Part shown: positions 20,954 through 32,805 of the stretch, in pieces
How positions within the stretch are numbered: position 1 is the stretch's first letter
Layout: each line of letters begins with the position of its first letter
NCBI GenBank assembly: GCA_963823335.1
Contig: CAWGLD010000003.1
Location: 1-64,000 of the forward strand
DNA from: an uncultured delta proteobacterium
GTDB taxonomy: Bacteria > Desulfobacterota > Desulfobacteria > Desulfobacterales > B30-G6
Length of the DNA stretch: 64,000 nucleotides
Direction: 5' to 3'
Notes under the pieces: generated by a model
What the model saw: the letters and a program-made list of their open reading frames with translations, nothing else
What the model was told of the DNA's origin: nothing
Databases searched by the model: none
Position numbers and translations under genes: made by a program

Positions 20954-23900
20954 ATGGATACATTATACGATTTTTTTGCCAAGCCCAAAGACCCAAAGAT
21001 ATACAGTGGTGTTCGAATATCGCTTGCATCATCGGAGCAGATCCTGCAGTGGTCCAGTGGCGAGATCAAAAAGCCGGAGACGATCAATTACAGGACGTTT
21101 AAACCGGAGCGGGACGGTCTTTTCTGTGCAAAAATTTTCGGCCCAACCAAGGACTATGAATGTAACTGCGGTAAGTACAAGCGCATGAAGCATCGTGGTG
21201 TTATCTGTGAGAAATGCGGGGTTGAAGTCATTCAGTCCAAAGTGCGGCGGGAGCGGATGGCCCATATTGCCCTGGCAACACCGGTATCCCACATCTGGTT
21301 TTTAAAGAGCCTGCCGAGCAAGATCGGGAATTTGTTGGACCTGACATTGAAAAACATGGAGAAGGTTCTGTATTTCGACAGCTACATCGTGACTGACCCG
21401 AAAGATACAGGTCTGACAAAATGCCAGCTGCTGACCGACGAAAAATACCGCGAAGCCCAGGAACTTTATGGATCGAAATTTGAAGCGGGCATTGGTGCGG
21501 AAGCCGTCAAGAAACTCCTTGAGGAGATCGATCTCGAAGCGCTCTATGTCCAGCTCCGAGAAGATATCCGGGCCACAAACTCCATTGCCAAACGGCAGAA
21601 ACTTTCCAAGCGGCTTAAAATCGTCGATTCTTTTCGACGATCCGGGGTCAATCCGGTGTGGATGATCATGGATGTCATCCCAGTGCTGCCCCCGGATTTG
21701 CGCCCTCTTGTGCCACTGGAGGGCGGACGTTTTGCAACCTCCGATCTGAACGATCTTTACCGAAGGGTTATTAACAGAAACAACCGCCTGAAACGGCTTA
21801 TGGACCTGAAAGCACCTGATATCATTGTTCGTAATGAAAAGCGGATGCTTCAGGAATCCGTGGATGTGCTCTTTGACAACGGACGGCACGGCAGAGTTAT
21901 TACCGGGTCCAACAAACGGCCTCTGAAATCCCTGAGCGATACCCTGAAAGGTAAGCAGGGACGGTTTAGACAGAACCTGCTGGGCAAGCGTGTGGATTAC
22001 TCCGGACGAACCGTTATTTCGGTGGGACCGGAATTGCGACTTCACCAGTGTGGTTTGCCCAAGAAGATGGCACTGGAACTTTTCAAACCTTTTGTCTACT
22101 ATCGACTCGAACAGAAAGGCCTGGTTTCCACTGTCAAAAGCGCCAAGAAAATGGTCGAAAAAGAAGTTCCGGAAGTTTGGGACACCCTAGATGAGGTGGT
22201 AAAAGAATACCCAGTGCTTCTGAACCGTGCCCCGACACTTCACCGTCTGGGTATACAGGCGTTTGAGCCGATACTCATCGAGGGCAAGGCGATTCAGCTG
22301 CACCCGCTGGTTTGTACGGCATTCAATGCAGACTTCGATGGGGATCAAATGGCGGTACATGTACCCCTGTCCGTTGAATCCCAGATTGAAGCACGCGCAT
22401 TGATGCTTTCCAGCAACAACATTCTATCCCCTGCAAACGGCAGCCCCATCATCGTACCCAGTCAGGATATCGTTCTCGGTATTTATTATATGACCAGGTC
22501 CATCGAAGGTGCCAAGGGGGAAGGACGGCTTTTTTCAAATCCTGAAGAGGTGCGCTCTGCATATGATGCCCGTTCTGTCGAGCTGCATGCCCGCATAACT
22601 GTCAGAATAGCGGGTACGCGTGTGCAAACCACTGTTGGCCGGATTCTGCTCTGGGAGATCATGCCCAGGGAAGACATCGTGCGGTTAAGGCATATCATGG
22701 CAACTGACGAGAAATCTGCGCGAACCGTTCTGAAAAAAATCAACGATGGCGAAACCTTTATCAGCCTGGTTGAGGCCTACTCTGAAAGTGCGGACAAACG
22801 CTTCGACGGTGACATCGGTCTGGTCAAAAAGCGTGATCTCACCGAGATCCTGTATATCGACACAACCGATGCCGAGAGTCTGTTTGCCATGCATGAGGGT
22901 GAAACCAGCGGCATTATCATGTCCAACGATCTGTCCTTTCATCTGTTCGAGGTTGTCGAAAAACGACCCGAAATACCATTCAGCATCGTCAACAAGGTCA
23001 TGGACAAGAGCGAGCTCAGAAATATTGTTGACTATGCTTACCGGAACCTGGGACCGAAGGCGACCGTTATCCTGGCAGACCGCCTGAAGAATATCGGCTA
23101 CAAGTATTCCACCAAAGGCGGTCTGTCCATTTCCATCGATGCCATGATTATTCCAGATGCCAAGTGGGACATTCTCAAGGCCGCTGAAACCCGGGTCACG
23201 GAAATCGGCCGGCAGTATACCGAGGGCCTCATCACCCAGGGCGAGAAATACAACAAAGTCGTCGATATATGGGCCAAGGCAACGGATGATGTTGCAAATG
23301 AGATGATGGACTCCATGAAGAAAGCCCCTGTTGTCGACAAAGACGGAAACCCGGTTCTGGGTAAGGACAATAAACCCGTTGTCATGGAAAGCATGAATCC
23401 GATTTATATGATGGCGGATTCCGGAGCCCGGGGCAGCAAGGATCAGATGCGACAGTTGGCCGGTATGCGTGGGCTCATGGCCAAACCATCCGGCGAGATC
23501 ATTGAAACGCCAATTACGGCAAACTTTCGTGAGGGACTGTCTGTTCTGCAGTACTTTATCTCCACGCACGGCGCCCGAAAGGGGCTGGCGGACACCGCGC
23601 TTAAAACGGCGAATTCCGGTTATTTGACCCGAAGATTAGCCGATGTTGCCCAGGATTGCATTATCCTGCAAGATGACTGTGGCACCATGATGGGCGTGGA
23701 AGTGGAGCCGCTCATGGAAGGCGGCGAGGTGATACAACGCCTGTCTGAACGTGTTCTGGGAAGGACGGCCCTCGAAGACATTCTGGACCCGTTTACAGAC
23801 AAGGTGCTGGTGAAGGCCGGAGAAGAAATCGATGAAGCCGCTGTAGATCTCATCGAAAACGCGGGCATAACCAGCGCGAAAATCCGTTCGGTCTTGACAT

Positions 23901-25357
23901 GTAAGGCCGAGCATGGTGTATGCGCGGGTTGTTATGGTCGGGATCTTGCTTACGGAAAGAAAGTGGAGATAGGACAAGCCATCGGTATCCTGGCAGCTCA
24001 GTCCATCGGTGAACCCGGTACCCAGCTGACCATGAGGACCTTTCATATCGGTGGTACCGCGAGCCGGCGGGTAGAGCAGGCAGATATCCGCGCACGTGTC
24101 GAAGGTACTATAAAGTTTATCGATCTTGATGTCGTGAAGAATGCCGACAATAAATATGTGATCATGAACAGGCGGGGTGGTGAATTTGCCATTGTCAGCG
24201 ACTCCGGGCGTGAGCGGGAGCGATTCTCGCTTATTTACGGCGCCCATCTGGATATCAAAGACGGCGACAATGTCGAGGCCGGAGATCTGCTGGCCCACTG
24301 GGACCCCTTCACCACGCCGATCCTTTCGGAAGTGAATGGAACCGTCAAGTTCGGTGATCTGGCTCTCGGGAAAACACTCCAGGAAAAAGTGGATCCTGTT
24401 ACAGGTAAGTCGAGCCGTACTGTTATCGAATCTAAGACCGCGGAAGAAAGACCCAGGATCTCCATCAAGGACAAGGAGGGCAAAACCGCTTCCCTGCCGA
24501 AAAAAACCGGCCAGGCCAGATATATACTGCCCGTAAATGCCATTCTCCTCGTTGAGGAAGGTGATACCATCCAGGCGGGTGATGTGCTTGCCAAGCTGCC
24601 GAGAGCCACCACGAAAACAAAGGATATCACCGGTGGTCTTCCAAGGGTTGCAGAGCTTTTCGAAGTCAGGAAACCCAAGGAGATATCCGTTCTCAGCGAA
24701 ATCGACGGTTATGTATCGATTGCCAAGGGAACCAAAAAGGGTAAGCAGAAAATCACGGTTGCACCGGTGGATGTAGGTGAGAAAAAGGAATACCTGATTC
24801 CCCGGGGAAAACACATCAATGTCTATGAGGGGGATTATGTGCGAGCCGGAGAGCCCTTGATCGGTGGTTCAGCTATTCCCCAGGATATCTTGAATATCAA
24901 AGGTGAAGTAGCTTTGGCGCGATACCTCGTGGATGAGGTGCAAGAGGTATACCGGCTCCAGGGTGTCCGTATTAACGACAAGCACATCGAGGTGATTGTC
25001 CGGCAGATGATGCGCCGGGTAAAGGTTCGTGAAATTGGTGATACAGATTTCATTGTCGAGGAGCAGGTCGATAAAATCATTTTCGAGACGTCTAACCGGG
25101 CGGTCATCGAAAAAGGCGGCAGACCCGCTGTTGCTGAGCCCCTGATTCTGGGTATTACCAAGGCTTCACTGAGTACGGAAAGCTTTATTTCAGCGGCCTC
25201 TTTCCAGGAGACTACCAAGGTTCTGACTGAAGCCAGTATTTCCGGAGCAGTGGACCAGTTGCGGGGTCTGAAAGAAAACGTGATCATGGGCAGGATCATA
25301 CCGGCTGGAACTGGTTTGAAGATCCACCGGGATGTCCAAATCGAGCAAGCGGAATAA
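20954..25357 (+). CDS. rpoC: RNA polymerase beta' subunit carrying a ~100-aa parvulin-like insertion
   Basis: 1467 aa with the NADFDGD catalytic motif, zinc fingers and [13 protein letters not shown]. Extra domain at aa 572-672. Confidence 0.99.
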   Translation: MDTLYDFFAKPKDPKIYSGVRISLASSEQILQWSSGEIKKPETINYRTFKPERDGLFCAKIFGPTKDYECNCGKYKRMKHRGVICEKCGVEVIQSKVRRERMAHIALATPVSHIWFLKSLPSKIGNLLDLTLKNMEKVLYFDSYIVTDPKDTGLTKCQLLTDEKYREAQELYGSKFEAGIGAEAVKKLLEEIDLEALYVQLREDIRATNSIAKRQKLSKRLKIVDSFRRSGVNPVWMIMDVIPVLPPDLRPLVPLEGGRFATSDLNDLYRRVINRNNRLKRLMDLKAPDIIVRNEKRMLQESVDVLFDNGRHGRVITGSNKRPLKSLSDTLKGKQGRFRQNLLGKRVDYSGRTVISVGPELRLHQCGLPKKMALELFKPFVYYRLEQKGLVSTVKSAKKMVEKEVPEVWDTLDEVVKEYPVLLNRAPTLHRLGIQAFEPILIEGKAIQLHPLVCTAFNADFDGDQMAVHVPLSVESQIEARALMLSSNNILSPANGSPIIVPSQDIVLGIYYMTRSIEGAKGEGRLFSNPEEVRSAYDARSVELHARITVRIAGTRVQTTVGRILLWEIMPREDIVRLRHIMATDEKSARTVLKKINDGETFISLVEAYSESADKRFDGDIGLVKKRDLTEILYIDTTDAESLFAMHEGETSGIIMSNDLSFHLFEVVEKRPEIPFSIVNKVMDKSELRNIVDYAYRNLGPKATVILADRLKNIGYKYSTKGGLSISIDAMIIPDAKWDILKAAETRVTEIGRQYTEGLITQGEKYNKVVDIWAKATDDVANEMMDSMKKAPVVDKDGNPVLGKDNKPVVMESMNPIYMMADSGARGSKDQMRQLAGMRGLMAKPSGEIIETPITANFREGLSVLQYFISTHGARKGLADTALKTANSGYLTRRLADVAQDCIILQDDCGTMMGVEVEPLMEGGEVIQRLSERVLGRTALEDILDPFTDKVLVKAGEEIDEAAVDLIENAGITSAKIRSVLTCKAEHGVCAGCYGRDLAYGKKVEIGQAIGILAAQSIGEPGTQLTMRTFHIGGTASRRVEQADIRARVEGTIKFIDLDVVKNADNKYVIMNRRGGEFAIVSDSGRERERFSLIYGAHLDIKDGDNVEAGDLLAHWDPFTTPILSEVNGTVKFGDLALGKTLQEKVDPVTGKSSRTVIESKTAEERPRISIKDKEGKTASLPKKTGQARYILPVNAILLVEEGDTIQAGDVLAKLPRATTKTKDITGGLPRVAELFEVRKPKEISVLSEIDGYVSIAKGTKKGKQKITVAPVDVGEKKEYLIPRGKHINVYEGDYVRAGEPLIGGSAIPQDILNIKGEVALARYLVDEVQEVYRLQGVRINDKHIEVIVRQMMRRVKVREIGDTDFIVEEQVDKIIFETSNRAVIEKGGRPAVAEPLILGITKASLSTESFISAASFQETTKVLTEASISGAVDQLRGLKENVIMGRIIPAGTGLKIHRDVQIEQAE
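22667..22969 (+). other. Parvulin/PpiC-type PPIase-like domain inserted in frame in beta'
   Basis: [66 protein letters not shown] follows the parvulin pattern (RHIL..A..L..G.dF..LA..YS..GDLG..AF.L..GE.S..V..GYHIIKV). Confidence 0.85.
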
Positions 25358-25523
25358 CTTTGCAGCTGTCAATCGGGGGGCATTGATAATATGCGGCGAA
25401 TTCCAAGAAATAAATAGATAAATTGCTTGACAGCCCCATGCAAAATGTATACATATTCGCTTTTGTGCGATGATGCAAATTTTGCTGATGTAACTATTGA
25501 AAAACACATTAAATGAGGAGCGT

Positions 25524-25895
25524 ATGCCAACCATCAACCAGTTAGTCAGAAAGGGTCGCAAAAGGGTAATCAAGAAAACCAATACACCGGCTCTAAAGCG
25601 GGCACCCCAGAAGAGAGGCGTCTGTACGCGTGTTTATACATCGACGCCAAAGAAACCGAATTCGGCCCTGCGTAAGGTTGCAAGAGTCAGGCTGACCACC
25701 GGAATTGAAGTGACAGCCTATATCCCGGGTATCGGTCACAATCTGCAGGAGCATTCGGTTGTTTTGGTTCGCGGTGGGCGTGTAAAGGACCTTCCCGGTG
25801 TTCGTTACCACATTGTGAGGGGGACCCTCGACACACTGGGTGTGGCGGAAAGAAAGCAGGGCAGGTCCAAATACGGTGCAAAGAAACCAAAATAG
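25524..25895 (+). CDS. rpsL: 30S ribosomal protein S12
   Basis: [20 protein letters not shown] and GGRVKDLPG. Confidence 0.99.
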   Translation: MPTINQLVRKGRKRVIKKTNTPALKRAPQKRGVCTRVYTSTPKKPNSALRKVARVRLTTGIEVTAYIPGIGHNLQEHSVVLVRGGRVKDLPGVRYHIVRGTLDTLGVAERKQGRSKYGAKKPK

Positions 25896-25938
25896 TTAAA
25901 GACTCAGGATCAAGGTACGAACCAAAAGGATTTAGAGG

Positions 25939-26409
25939 ATGCCAAGAAGAAGAGAAGTACCGGAACGCGTTATCATTCCAGATGCAAGGTTTAACAGCCA
26001 GCTGGTATCGAAGTTTATCGCCTGCATAATGCGGGATGGCAAAAAGAGTACTGCAGAGTCAATCCTCTATGGTGCATTTGGTATCATAGAAGAAAAAACG
26101 GGTAAGCCACCGCTGAAGATCTTTGAGCAGGCGGTAGACAACACCCGTCCCATGATTGAGGTCAAGTCACGGCGGGTAGGCGGATCGACCTACCAGGTTC
26201 CCACAGAGATCAGGCCTTCGCGCAGAACGGCCCTGGCCCTTCGTTGGCTGATCAATTATGCCCGGAGCCGTTCAGAAAAAGGAATGGCTGGAAAGCTTGC
26301 TGGAGAATTTCTGGATGCAGCCAACAACCGGGGAGCGACCGTCAAGAAGAAAGAAGACACGCACAAAATGGCCGATGCCAACAAAGCGTTCGCACATTAC
26401 CGCTGGTAG
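25939..26409 (+). CDS. rpsG: 30S ribosomal protein S7
   Basis: [17 protein letters not shown] and [10 protein letters not shown]. Confidence 0.99.
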   Translation: MPRRREVPERVIIPDARFNSQLVSKFIACIMRDGKKSTAESILYGAFGIIEEKTGKPPLKIFEQAVDNTRPMIEVKSRRVGGSTYQVPTEIRPSRRTALALRWLINYARSRSEKGMAGKLAGEFLDAANNRGATVKKKEDTHKMADANKAFAHYRW

Positions 26410-26491
26410 CGACGTTACTGAACCATTCGAAAAACTGTCTTGCGGTCAAGTGCGTTGAACGGATCAAAACATCAAAGGGGAGGGTGAGAAG

Positions 26492-27685
26492 ATGGCAAAG
26501 GAAAAATTTAATCGAACCAAGCCGCATGTAAACGTGGGAACGATAGGCCATATCGATCACGGTAAGACAACCTTGACAGCGGCGATAACGAAGCATTGCG
26601 GGTTGAAAGGAATGGCGAGTTTCGTCCCGTTTGATCAGATAGACAAGGCACCCGAGGAGAAAGAGCGGGGGATTACGATCGCGACGGCGCATGTGGAGTA
26701 TGAGACGGTCAATCGTCATTATGCGCATGTGGACTGTCCCGGTCACGCTGACTATATCAAGAACATGATTACGGGAGCGGCCCAGATGGACGGAGCCATT
26801 CTGGTGGTAGGTGCGGATGACGGCCCCATGCCCCAGACCCGGGAACACATATTGCTGGCCCGTCAGGTGGGCGTTCCCCAGATCGTAGTATTTTTGAACA
26901 AATGCGACATGGTGGACGATGAGGAACTGGTGGAGCTGGTGGAGCTGGAGCTTCGGGAGTTGTTGGACAAATACGAGTTTCCCGGAGACGACACACCGAT
27001 CATCCGCGGAAGCGCGTTGAAAGCGCTGGAGAGCGACGATGCCGACAGTGAAGAGGCCAAGTGTATATTCGAGCTTCTGGCCGCCGTTGACAGTTTTATA
27101 CCGGAGCCCAAGCGTGACATAGACAAGCCGTTTTTGATGCCGATAGAGGATGTTTTCAGCATATCGGGTCGCGGCACGGTGGTAACGGGTCGCGTGGAGC
27201 GCGGGATCGTGCATGTGAGCGACGAGGTTGAGATCGTAGGGATTCGGCCGACCCAGAAAACGGTATGTACGGGTGTTGAGATGTTCCGGAAACTGTTGGA
27301 TGAAGGTCGAGCCGGAGACAACATCGGTGTTCTGCTTCGAGGAACCAAGCGTGACGAGGTTGAGCGTGGACAGGTTGTAGCGATACCGGGAACGATCACA
27401 CCGCATACGAAGTTCAAGGCGGAAGTCTACATATTGAGCAAGGAAGAGGGTGGTCGTCATACGCCGTTTTTCAATGGATACCGTCCGCAGTTTTATTTTC
27501 GTACAACGGATGTGACAGGGATTCTGGATCTTCCCGAGGGAGTCGAGATGGTAATGCCGGGAGACAACGTGACCATAACGGCCGAACTGATCACACCCAT
27601 TGCGATGGAAAAAGAGCTCAGGTTTGCCATACGTGAAGGCGGTCGGACCGTCGGTGCCGGAGTGGTTAGCGAAATAATCGAATAA
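26492..27685 (+). CDS. tuf: Elongation factor Tu (copy 2)
   Basis: Protein identical to the copy at 11649-12842. Confidence 0.99.
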   Translation: MAKEKFNRTKPHVNVGTIGHIDHGKTTLTAAITKHCGLKGMASFVPFDQIDKAPEEKERGITIATAHVEYETVNRHYAHVDCPGHADYIKNMITGAAQMDGAILVVGADDGPMPQTREHILLARQVGVPQIVVFLNKCDMVDDEELVELVELELRELLDKYEFPGDDTPIIRGSALKALESDDADSEEAKCIFELLAAVDSFIPEPKRDIDKPFLMPIEDVFSISGRGTVVTGRVERGIVHVSDEVEIVGIRPTQKTVCTGVEMFRKLLDEGRAGDNIGVLLRGTKRDEVERGQVVAIPGTITPHTKFKAEVYILSKEEGGRHTPFFNGYRPQFYFRTTDVTGILDLPEGVEMVMPGDNVTITAELITPIAMEKELRFAIREGGRTVGAGVVSEIIE

Positions 27686-27701
27686 AGAGAGAGACCGAAT
27701 C

Positions 27702-28013
27702 ATGATAATGAATTCAAAAATAAGAATCAGGCTCAAAGCGTATGACCACAAACTGCTCGATCAATCTGCTGCAGACATCTTGGATACTGCCAGAAAAACG
27801 GGCGCAAAAGTTGTTGGGCCGATACCACTTCCCACTGCAATCAATAAATACTGTGTTCTTCGCTCTCCGCATATCGACAAGAAATCACGTGAGCAGTTTG
27901 AAATGAGAACACACAAGAGACTACTCGATATTTTAGAACCGACACAGCAGACGGTCGATGCATTGATGAAGCTGGATCTATCTCCAGGTGTCGATGTGGA
28001 GATCAAATTATAG
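27702..28013 (+). CDS. rpsJ: 30S ribosomal protein S10
   Basis: [10 protein letters not shown] and [14 protein letters not shown]. Confidence 0.98.
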   Translation: MIMNSKIRIRLKAYDHKLLDQSAADILDTARKTGAKVVGPIPLPTAINKYCVLRSPHIDKKSREQFEMRTHKRLLDILEPTQQTVDALMKLDLSPGVDVEIKL

Positions 28014-28038
28014 GTTAACGAAGGAATGGTTGTGAATT

Positions 28039-28671
28039 ATGTGTAAAGGTTTAATCGGAAAAAAATTGGGTATGACCAGACAGTTTTCATCGGAAGGTAC
28101 ATCGGTTCCCGTTACGGTAATCGAGGCGGGGCCCTGTGTCGTGACACAGATCAAAACCGTCGAGAATGATGGATACAATGCCCTGCAACTTGGTTTTGGG
28201 AAAAGAAAAGACAAAAGAACCAGTAAGCCACTGCAGGGGCACCTCAAAAAATGCGGGATTGAAACTGCCCGGGTTCTCAAGGAGATGTCCGTTGAAAAGC
28301 CAGAGGAGTTCAGCCCGGGTCAGAAGATAACCGTGGAGATGTTCACTATCGGCGAACGTGTGGAAGTGACCGGGACAAGCAAAGGCCGGGGCTTTTCCGG
28401 GGTTATCAAAAGACATGGTTTTCATGGTGGGAAAAAGACCCATGGAAGCCATAGTCATAGAATACCCGGCTCAATTGGATGCAGTGCCTGGCCGGCAAAG
28501 GTCATCAAAGGCAAGAAAATGCCCGGACATTACGGGCATGAAAGAAAGACGATCCGGAACCTTGAAATCTTTGATATCAGACCCAAGGAGAACCTCATCC
28601 TTTTGAAGGGGGCGGTACCCGGACATACTTCAGGATTTGTCACCATCAGAAAACCGAAATTCGCAAAATAA
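28039..28671 (+). CDS. rplC: 50S ribosomal protein L3
   Basis: GKKLGMT, SKGRGFSG and HRIPGSIG. Confidence 0.98.
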   Translation: MCKGLIGKKLGMTRQFSSEGTSVPVTVIEAGPCVVTQIKTVENDGYNALQLGFGKRKDKRTSKPLQGHLKKCGIETARVLKEMSVEKPEEFSPGQKITVEMFTIGERVEVTGTSKGRGFSGVIKRHGFHGGKKTHGSHSHRIPGSIGCSAWPAKVIKGKKMPGHYGHERKTIRNLEIFDIRPKENLILLKGAVPGHTSGFVTIRKPKFAK

Positions 28672-28686
28672 GAACCGAGGGAATCC

Positions 28687-29307
28687 ATGGCTGTCGTAGA
28701 TGTTATAAATAGTTCAGGCAAAAAAGTTTCACAGGTAGATTTGAATGATGCGATATTCAATGTGCCGGTGAAGAAGAACGTCCTGCATGATGTCGTCACC
28801 ATGCAACTGGCAAACAAGCGCGCTGGGACCGCTTCCACGAAGCACAGGTCCGATGTGACAGGCAGCGGCAGAAAACTTTTTCGGCAAAAGGGAACCGGTA
28901 GAGCCAGAAGGGGCAATATCAAATCACCTCTGCTGAGAGGTGGTGGCGTTGCTTTTGGTCCAAAGCCGAAATCATGGGCCTACAAGGTACCCAAAAAAGT
29001 ACGAAAAATGGCGCTTAAAATGGCCTTGAGCAGCAAATTCAAGGATGAAGATATTCTAATTCTGGATCAATTCGAGCTTGATCAGATCAAGACCAGAGCT
29101 TTTGCTGAAGTAACTGGAAACCTGAATATGGAGAACGCACTGATCGTTATCGACCAGGAGAACGAAAAACTCGAGCTATCCTCCAGAAATTTACCCCAAT
29201 TCAAGGTGATTAGATTCGAGGGCCTCAATGTATATGATATTTTGAAGCACCGGACACTTGTCCTGCTCGAAGCTTCGGTAAAGGCCATCGAAGGGAGGTT
29301 GTTGTAA
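28687..29307 (+). CDS. rplD: 50S ribosomal protein L4
   Basis: [11 protein letters not shown] and [11 protein letters not shown]. Confidence 0.98.
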   Translation: MAVVDVINSSGKKVSQVDLNDAIFNVPVKKNVLHDVVTMQLANKRAGTASTKHRSDVTGSGRKLFRQKGTGRARRGNIKSPLLRGGGVAFGPKPKSWAYKVPKKVRKMALKMALSSKFKDEDILILDQFELDQIKTRAFAEVTGNLNMENALIVIDQENEKLELSSRNLPQFKVIRFEGLNVYDILKHRTLVLLEASVKAIEGRLL

Positions 29308-29594
29308 TGATTCAGTACGATATCATCATTCGGCCCCTGATTACGGAAAAAACCAGTATTCAGAAGGAAGATCACAATCAAGTGTCTTTTGAAGTCGATC
29401 GTCGGGCGAACCGTGTCGAAATCAGAAGGGCGATCGAAAAGATATTCAATGTCAGGGTGGCCGATGTCCGCACGATGCAAGTAAAGGGAAAAATTAAACA
29501 GCGGGGACGCATTGTAGGAAAACGCAGGGACTGGAAAAAAGCGATTGTGAACCTCATGCCTGGGGAGAGAATCGATTTTTTTGAAGGGGTATAA
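29307..29594 (+). CDS. rplW: 50S ribosomal protein L23
   Basis: PLITEK and WKKAIV. Confidence 0.97.
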   Translation: MIQYDIIIRPLITEKTSIQKEDHNQVSFEVDRRANRVEIRRAIEKIFNVRVADVRTMQVKGKIKQRGRIVGKRRDWKKAIVNLMPGERIDFFEGV

Positions 29595-29596
29595 AT

Positions 29597-30424
29597 ATGG
29601 TTACAAGAAGAGTCAAGCCGACATCACCGGGACGTCGATTTCAATCGTATGCTTCGTTTGAAGAGATTTCCGATAAAAAGCCTGAAAAAAGCTTGCTGCG
29701 AATCATCAAGAAAAGTGGCGGGCGCAACGCACACGGGCGGATTACCATTCGTCATCGCGGGGGGGGGCACAAACGACATTACAGGATTGTCGATTTTAAG
29801 AGAGATAAAATCGGTATCCCTGCCAAAGTCGCTTCAATTGAATACGATCCGAATCGGAGTGCCAGAATTGCACTGCTTCAATATGCGGATGGTGAAAAGC
29901 GATATATCATTTCTCCGCTGCAGCTCTCCGTGGGTGATGAAGTGATGTCCGGGCCCGAGGCCGACATCAAGCCCGGCAATACGCTGCCTTTGAAAAACAT
30001 TCCATTGGGAACGCACATTCATAACATTGAACTGCGTATTGGCAAAGGCGGCCAGATCGTCCGAAGTGCAGGAACCTATGCTCAGCTCATGGCCAAGGAA
30101 GATCGTTATGCGCTGGTCAAGCTTCCCTCTAGCGAGGTCCGAATGGTGCTGCTCAATTGTATGGCAACTGTCGGGCAGATCGGAAACGTTACCCACGAAA
30201 ATGTTGCTTTGGGCAAAGCCGGTCGCAAACGCTGGCTGGGCAGGAGACCCAAGGTGAGGGGCGTGGCCATGAACCCGGTGGATCATCCTATGGGTGGTGG
30301 CGAAGGCCGTTCGTCCGGTGGGCGACACCCATGTACCCCATGGGGTGTACCTACGAAAGGTTACAGGACCCGAAAAAACAAACGAACCGACAAGTTTATC
30401 GTCAAAAGACGTACCAAGAGATAG
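29597..30424 (+). CDS. rplB: 50S ribosomal protein L2
   Basis: IEYDPNRSA and [17 protein letters not shown]. Confidence 0.99.
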   Translation: MVTRRVKPTSPGRRFQSYASFEEISDKKPEKSLLRIIKKSGGRNAHGRITIRHRGGGHKRHYRIVDFKRDKIGIPAKVASIEYDPNRSARIALLQYADGEKRYIISPLQLSVGDEVMSGPEADIKPGNTLPLKNIPLGTHIHNIELRIGKGGQIVRSAGTYAQLMAKEDRYALVKLPSSEVRMVLLNCMATVGQIGNVTHENVALGKAGRKRWLGRRPKVRGVAMNPVDHPMGGGEGRSSGGRHPCTPWGVPTKGYRTRKNKRTDKFIVKRRTKR

Positions 30425-30497
30425 GATGTCCGCACACTGCCTCTCCGCAGGAAGAAAGCGGCAACAACCGGAAAAATAACACAGTTCAGGAGAATTT

Positions 30498-30779
30498 ATG
30501 CCACGGTCTTTAAAAAAGGGTCCATTCATCGACCAGAAGTTAATGCGCAAAGTAGAGACAGCCCAGTCATCCAGGAGCAATCAGGTTATCAAGACCTGGT
30601 CCCGGCGATCGACAATCATTCCCGAAATGGTGGGTATTACTCTGGCGGTTCATAATGGGAAAAAATTTATTCCGGTTTTCGTTACAGAAAACATGGTAGG
30701 GCATAAACTGGGTGAATTTTCACCGACGCGAACCTTTTACGGTCACGCCGGCGATAAGAAATCGAAGTTAAAAAGATAA
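30498..30779 (+). CDS. rpsS: 30S ribosomal protein S19
   Basis: [10 protein letters not shown] and [13 protein letters not shown]. Confidence 0.98.
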   Translation: MPRSLKKGPFIDQKLMRKVETAQSSRSNQVIKTWSRRSTIIPEMVGITLAVHNGKKFIPVFVTENMVGHKLGEFSPTRTFYGHAGDKKSKLKR

Positions 30780-30804
30780 CACTTTTTAAAAGGGAGTTTC
30801 GGTA

Positions 30805-31143
30805 ATGGAGGTCAAGGCGGTAAGCAAGTATGTTCGAATTTCGCCCCAGAAGGTCAGGAAATTAGCGGACGCTATCAAAGGACAACCGGTAGAGGCCGGA
30901 TTGAACATGTTGAAGTACATGCCGCAAAAGGCAGCCGGTTTCGTGGAAAAAACGGTTCGCTCCGCTGCTGCAAATGCCGACAACAATCATGGTATCGATG
31001 TGGATTCTCTGGTGATTCAAAATCTGATTGTCGACCAGGGCCCTTCGTTGAAAAGATTTCGGGCCAGAGCGCGGGGGCGCGGTGCCAGGATATTGAAAAG
31101 GTCCAGCCACATAACAGTCGTATTAGCTGAGAAAGCTTCATAA
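30805..31143 (+). CDS. rplV: 50S ribosomal protein L22
   Basis: RISPQKVR and RARGRG..SHITV. Confidence 0.98.
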   Translation: MEVKAVSKYVRISPQKVRKLADAIKGQPVEAGLNMLKYMPQKAAGFVEKTVRSAAANADNNHGIDVDSLVIQNLIVDQGPSLKRFRARARGRGARILKRSSHITVVLAEKAS

Positions 31144-31158
31144 AAAGGAGGTACGAGC

Positions 31159-31812
31159 TTGGGTCAGAAAGTAAATCCGATTGGATTAAGATTAGGGATC
31201 ATCAAAACATGGGATTCCAGATGGTATGCCGGGAAGAATTATGCGGAATATATCCTCGAAGATCATAAAGTCCGAAAATTCATAAAGAAAAAACTGTATC
31301 ATGCAGGTATCTCCCGGATAGAAATCGAAAGATCTGCCAAGCGTGTACGCCTGCGTATATATACCGCCAGACCCGGAATTGTTATCGGAAAAAAAGGTTC
31401 TGAAATAGAGCAGCTCAAACGGGACCTGGAGTCGTTGATTTCGCAGGAAGTTCTCATCGACATTCAGGAAGTCCGCAAACCTGAGGTTGATGCACAACTC
31501 ATGGCTGAGAACGTTGCACTGCAGATAGAGCGCCGGGTTGCCTTCAGGCGTGCTATGAAAAGAGGGGTGACGTCTGCCATGCGATTCGGTGCACAGGGTG
31601 TCAAGATTATCTGTTCCGGAAGGTTGGGTGGTGCCGAGATGGCCAGGACCGAGTGGTACAAAGAGGGCAGAGTTCCCCTGCATACTCTGAGAGCCGACAT
31701 CGACTATGGTTTTACAGAAGCCAAAACCACCTACGGTCTCATCGGTATAAAAGTGTTCATATTCAAAGGTGAGATACTGAGCAAGCAAGATACAGAACTG
31801 GGGCATGCCTAA
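31159..31812 (+). CDS. rpsC: 30S ribosomal protein S3
   Basis: TTG start; [12 protein letters not shown] and [14 protein letters not shown]. Confidence 0.98.
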   Translation: MGQKVNPIGLRLGIIKTWDSRWYAGKNYAEYILEDHKVRKFIKKKLYHAGISRIEIERSAKRVRLRIYTARPGIVIGKKGSEIEQLKRDLESLISQEVLIDIQEVRKPEVDAQLMAENVALQIERRVAFRRAMKRGVTSAMRFGAQGVKIICSGRLGGAEMARTEWYKEGRVPLHTLRADIDYGFTEAKTTYGLIGIKVFIFKGEILSKQDTELGHA

Positions 31813-31901
31813 CCAATCCCCAAAAAAACAATATCAAGGGTGAACGTTGCCGGAACTAATTTCTAAATATCGCTTCAAGGCCCTTTAACAGGAGATGAAC
31901 C

Positions 31902-32315
31902 ATGCTGAGCCCTAAAAAGGTAAAGTATCGAAAAGTACAAAAAGGCAAAATGAGAGGACTGGCTCGGAGAGGCGGTCAGCTCAATTTCGGTGAGTTCGGC
32001 CTGCAGGCCGTTGAGTGCGGCACGATCAGCAACAAACAGATTGAAGCTGCGCGTATTGCTATGACGCGACATGTCAAGAGGGGTGGAAAGCTCTGGATAC
32101 GCATATTTCCCGACAAACCCTTTACAAAAAAACCGGCTGAAGTTCGTATGGGAAAAGGTAAAGGCGCTCCTGAAGGATGGGTTGCGGTTATCCGTCCTGG
32201 AAGGGTTTTGTATGAGATGTCGGGGGTACCCAGAGATCTTGCTAAAGAAGCGCTTCGGCTTGCATCGCATAAACTTTCCGTTAAAACAAAGTTTGTGGAA
32301 AGGAGCGTAATCTAA
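31902..32315 (+). CDS. rplP: 50S ribosomal protein L16
   Basis: [11 protein letters not shown] and RMGKGKG. Confidence 0.98.
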   Translation: MLSPKKVKYRKVQKGKMRGLARRGGQLNFGEFGLQAVECGTISNKQIEAARIAMTRHVKRGGKLWIRIFPDKPFTKKPAEVRMGKGKGAPEGWVAVIRPGRVLYEMSGVPRDLAKEALRLASHKLSVKTKFVERSVI

Positions 32316-32515
32316 TGAAGTCCAAGGAAATAAGGGATCTCAGCTCCCAGGAACGGCAGCAGAAGCTGATAGACTTGAAAGAGGAACTGTTTAACCTTCG
32401 CTTTCAACACGGCATTGGACAGATAGAGAACCCAACAAAGCTGAAGCTGACCAAATCTGATATCGCGCGCGTCATGACCATTATTCGTGAAACAGAAAAC
32501 CAAAACCAGGAATAG
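32315..32515 (+). CDS. rpmC: 50S ribosomal protein L29
   Basis: ELFNLRFQ and DIARVMT. Confidence 0.96.
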   Translation: MKSKEIRDLSSQERQQKLIDLKEELFNLRFQHGIGQIENPTKLKLTKSDIARVMTIIRETENQNQE

Positions 32516-32530
32516 GCAATAGAAGCTGTT

Positions 32531-32788
32531 ATGAAAACACCAGGAATGAAAAGACAACAGGTTGGCACGATCGTAAGTGATAAAATGGATAAGACGGTAA
32601 CCGTCCAGGTTGAAAGACTCGTGAAACACCGCCTTTACGGAAAATTCGTTCGCAGACGCAATAAGTTTTCTGCTCATGATGAGTCCAACGAATGCCGGGT
32701 CGGCGACGAGGTGCTGATGACGGAATCAAGACCTTTGAGCAAGAACAAAAGATGGCGTATTGCTAAAATTGTTAAAAAAGCTGTTTGA
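32531..32788 (+). CDS. rpsQ: 30S ribosomal protein S17
   Basis: SDKMDKTVTV and RPLSKNKRW. Confidence 0.97.
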   Translation: MKTPGMKRQQVGTIVSDKMDKTVTVQVERLVKHRLYGKFVRRRNKFSAHDESNECRVGDEVLMTESRPLSKNKRWRIAKIVKKAV

Positions 32789-32805
32789 TATAAAGGAATA
32801 GAAAC

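Noticed and set aside
22667-22969. rpoC insertion as an intein or intron
   Set aside because: No N-terminal Cys/Ser, no C-terminal His-Asn followed by Cys/Ser/Thr and no endonuclease motifs. The frame is open and the pattern fits a parvulin.
25427-25457. Promoter upstream of rpsL
   Set aside because: A perfect TTGACA is present but no convincing -10 at 16-18 bp spacing, so it was not called.
11631-27751. Long antisense ORFs opposite tuf, rpoB and rpoC (e.g. 11631-12617, 19804-20745, 23636-24814, 26342-27751)
   Set aside because: These are shadow ORFs from codon bias of highly expressed genes, with no recognisable domains.
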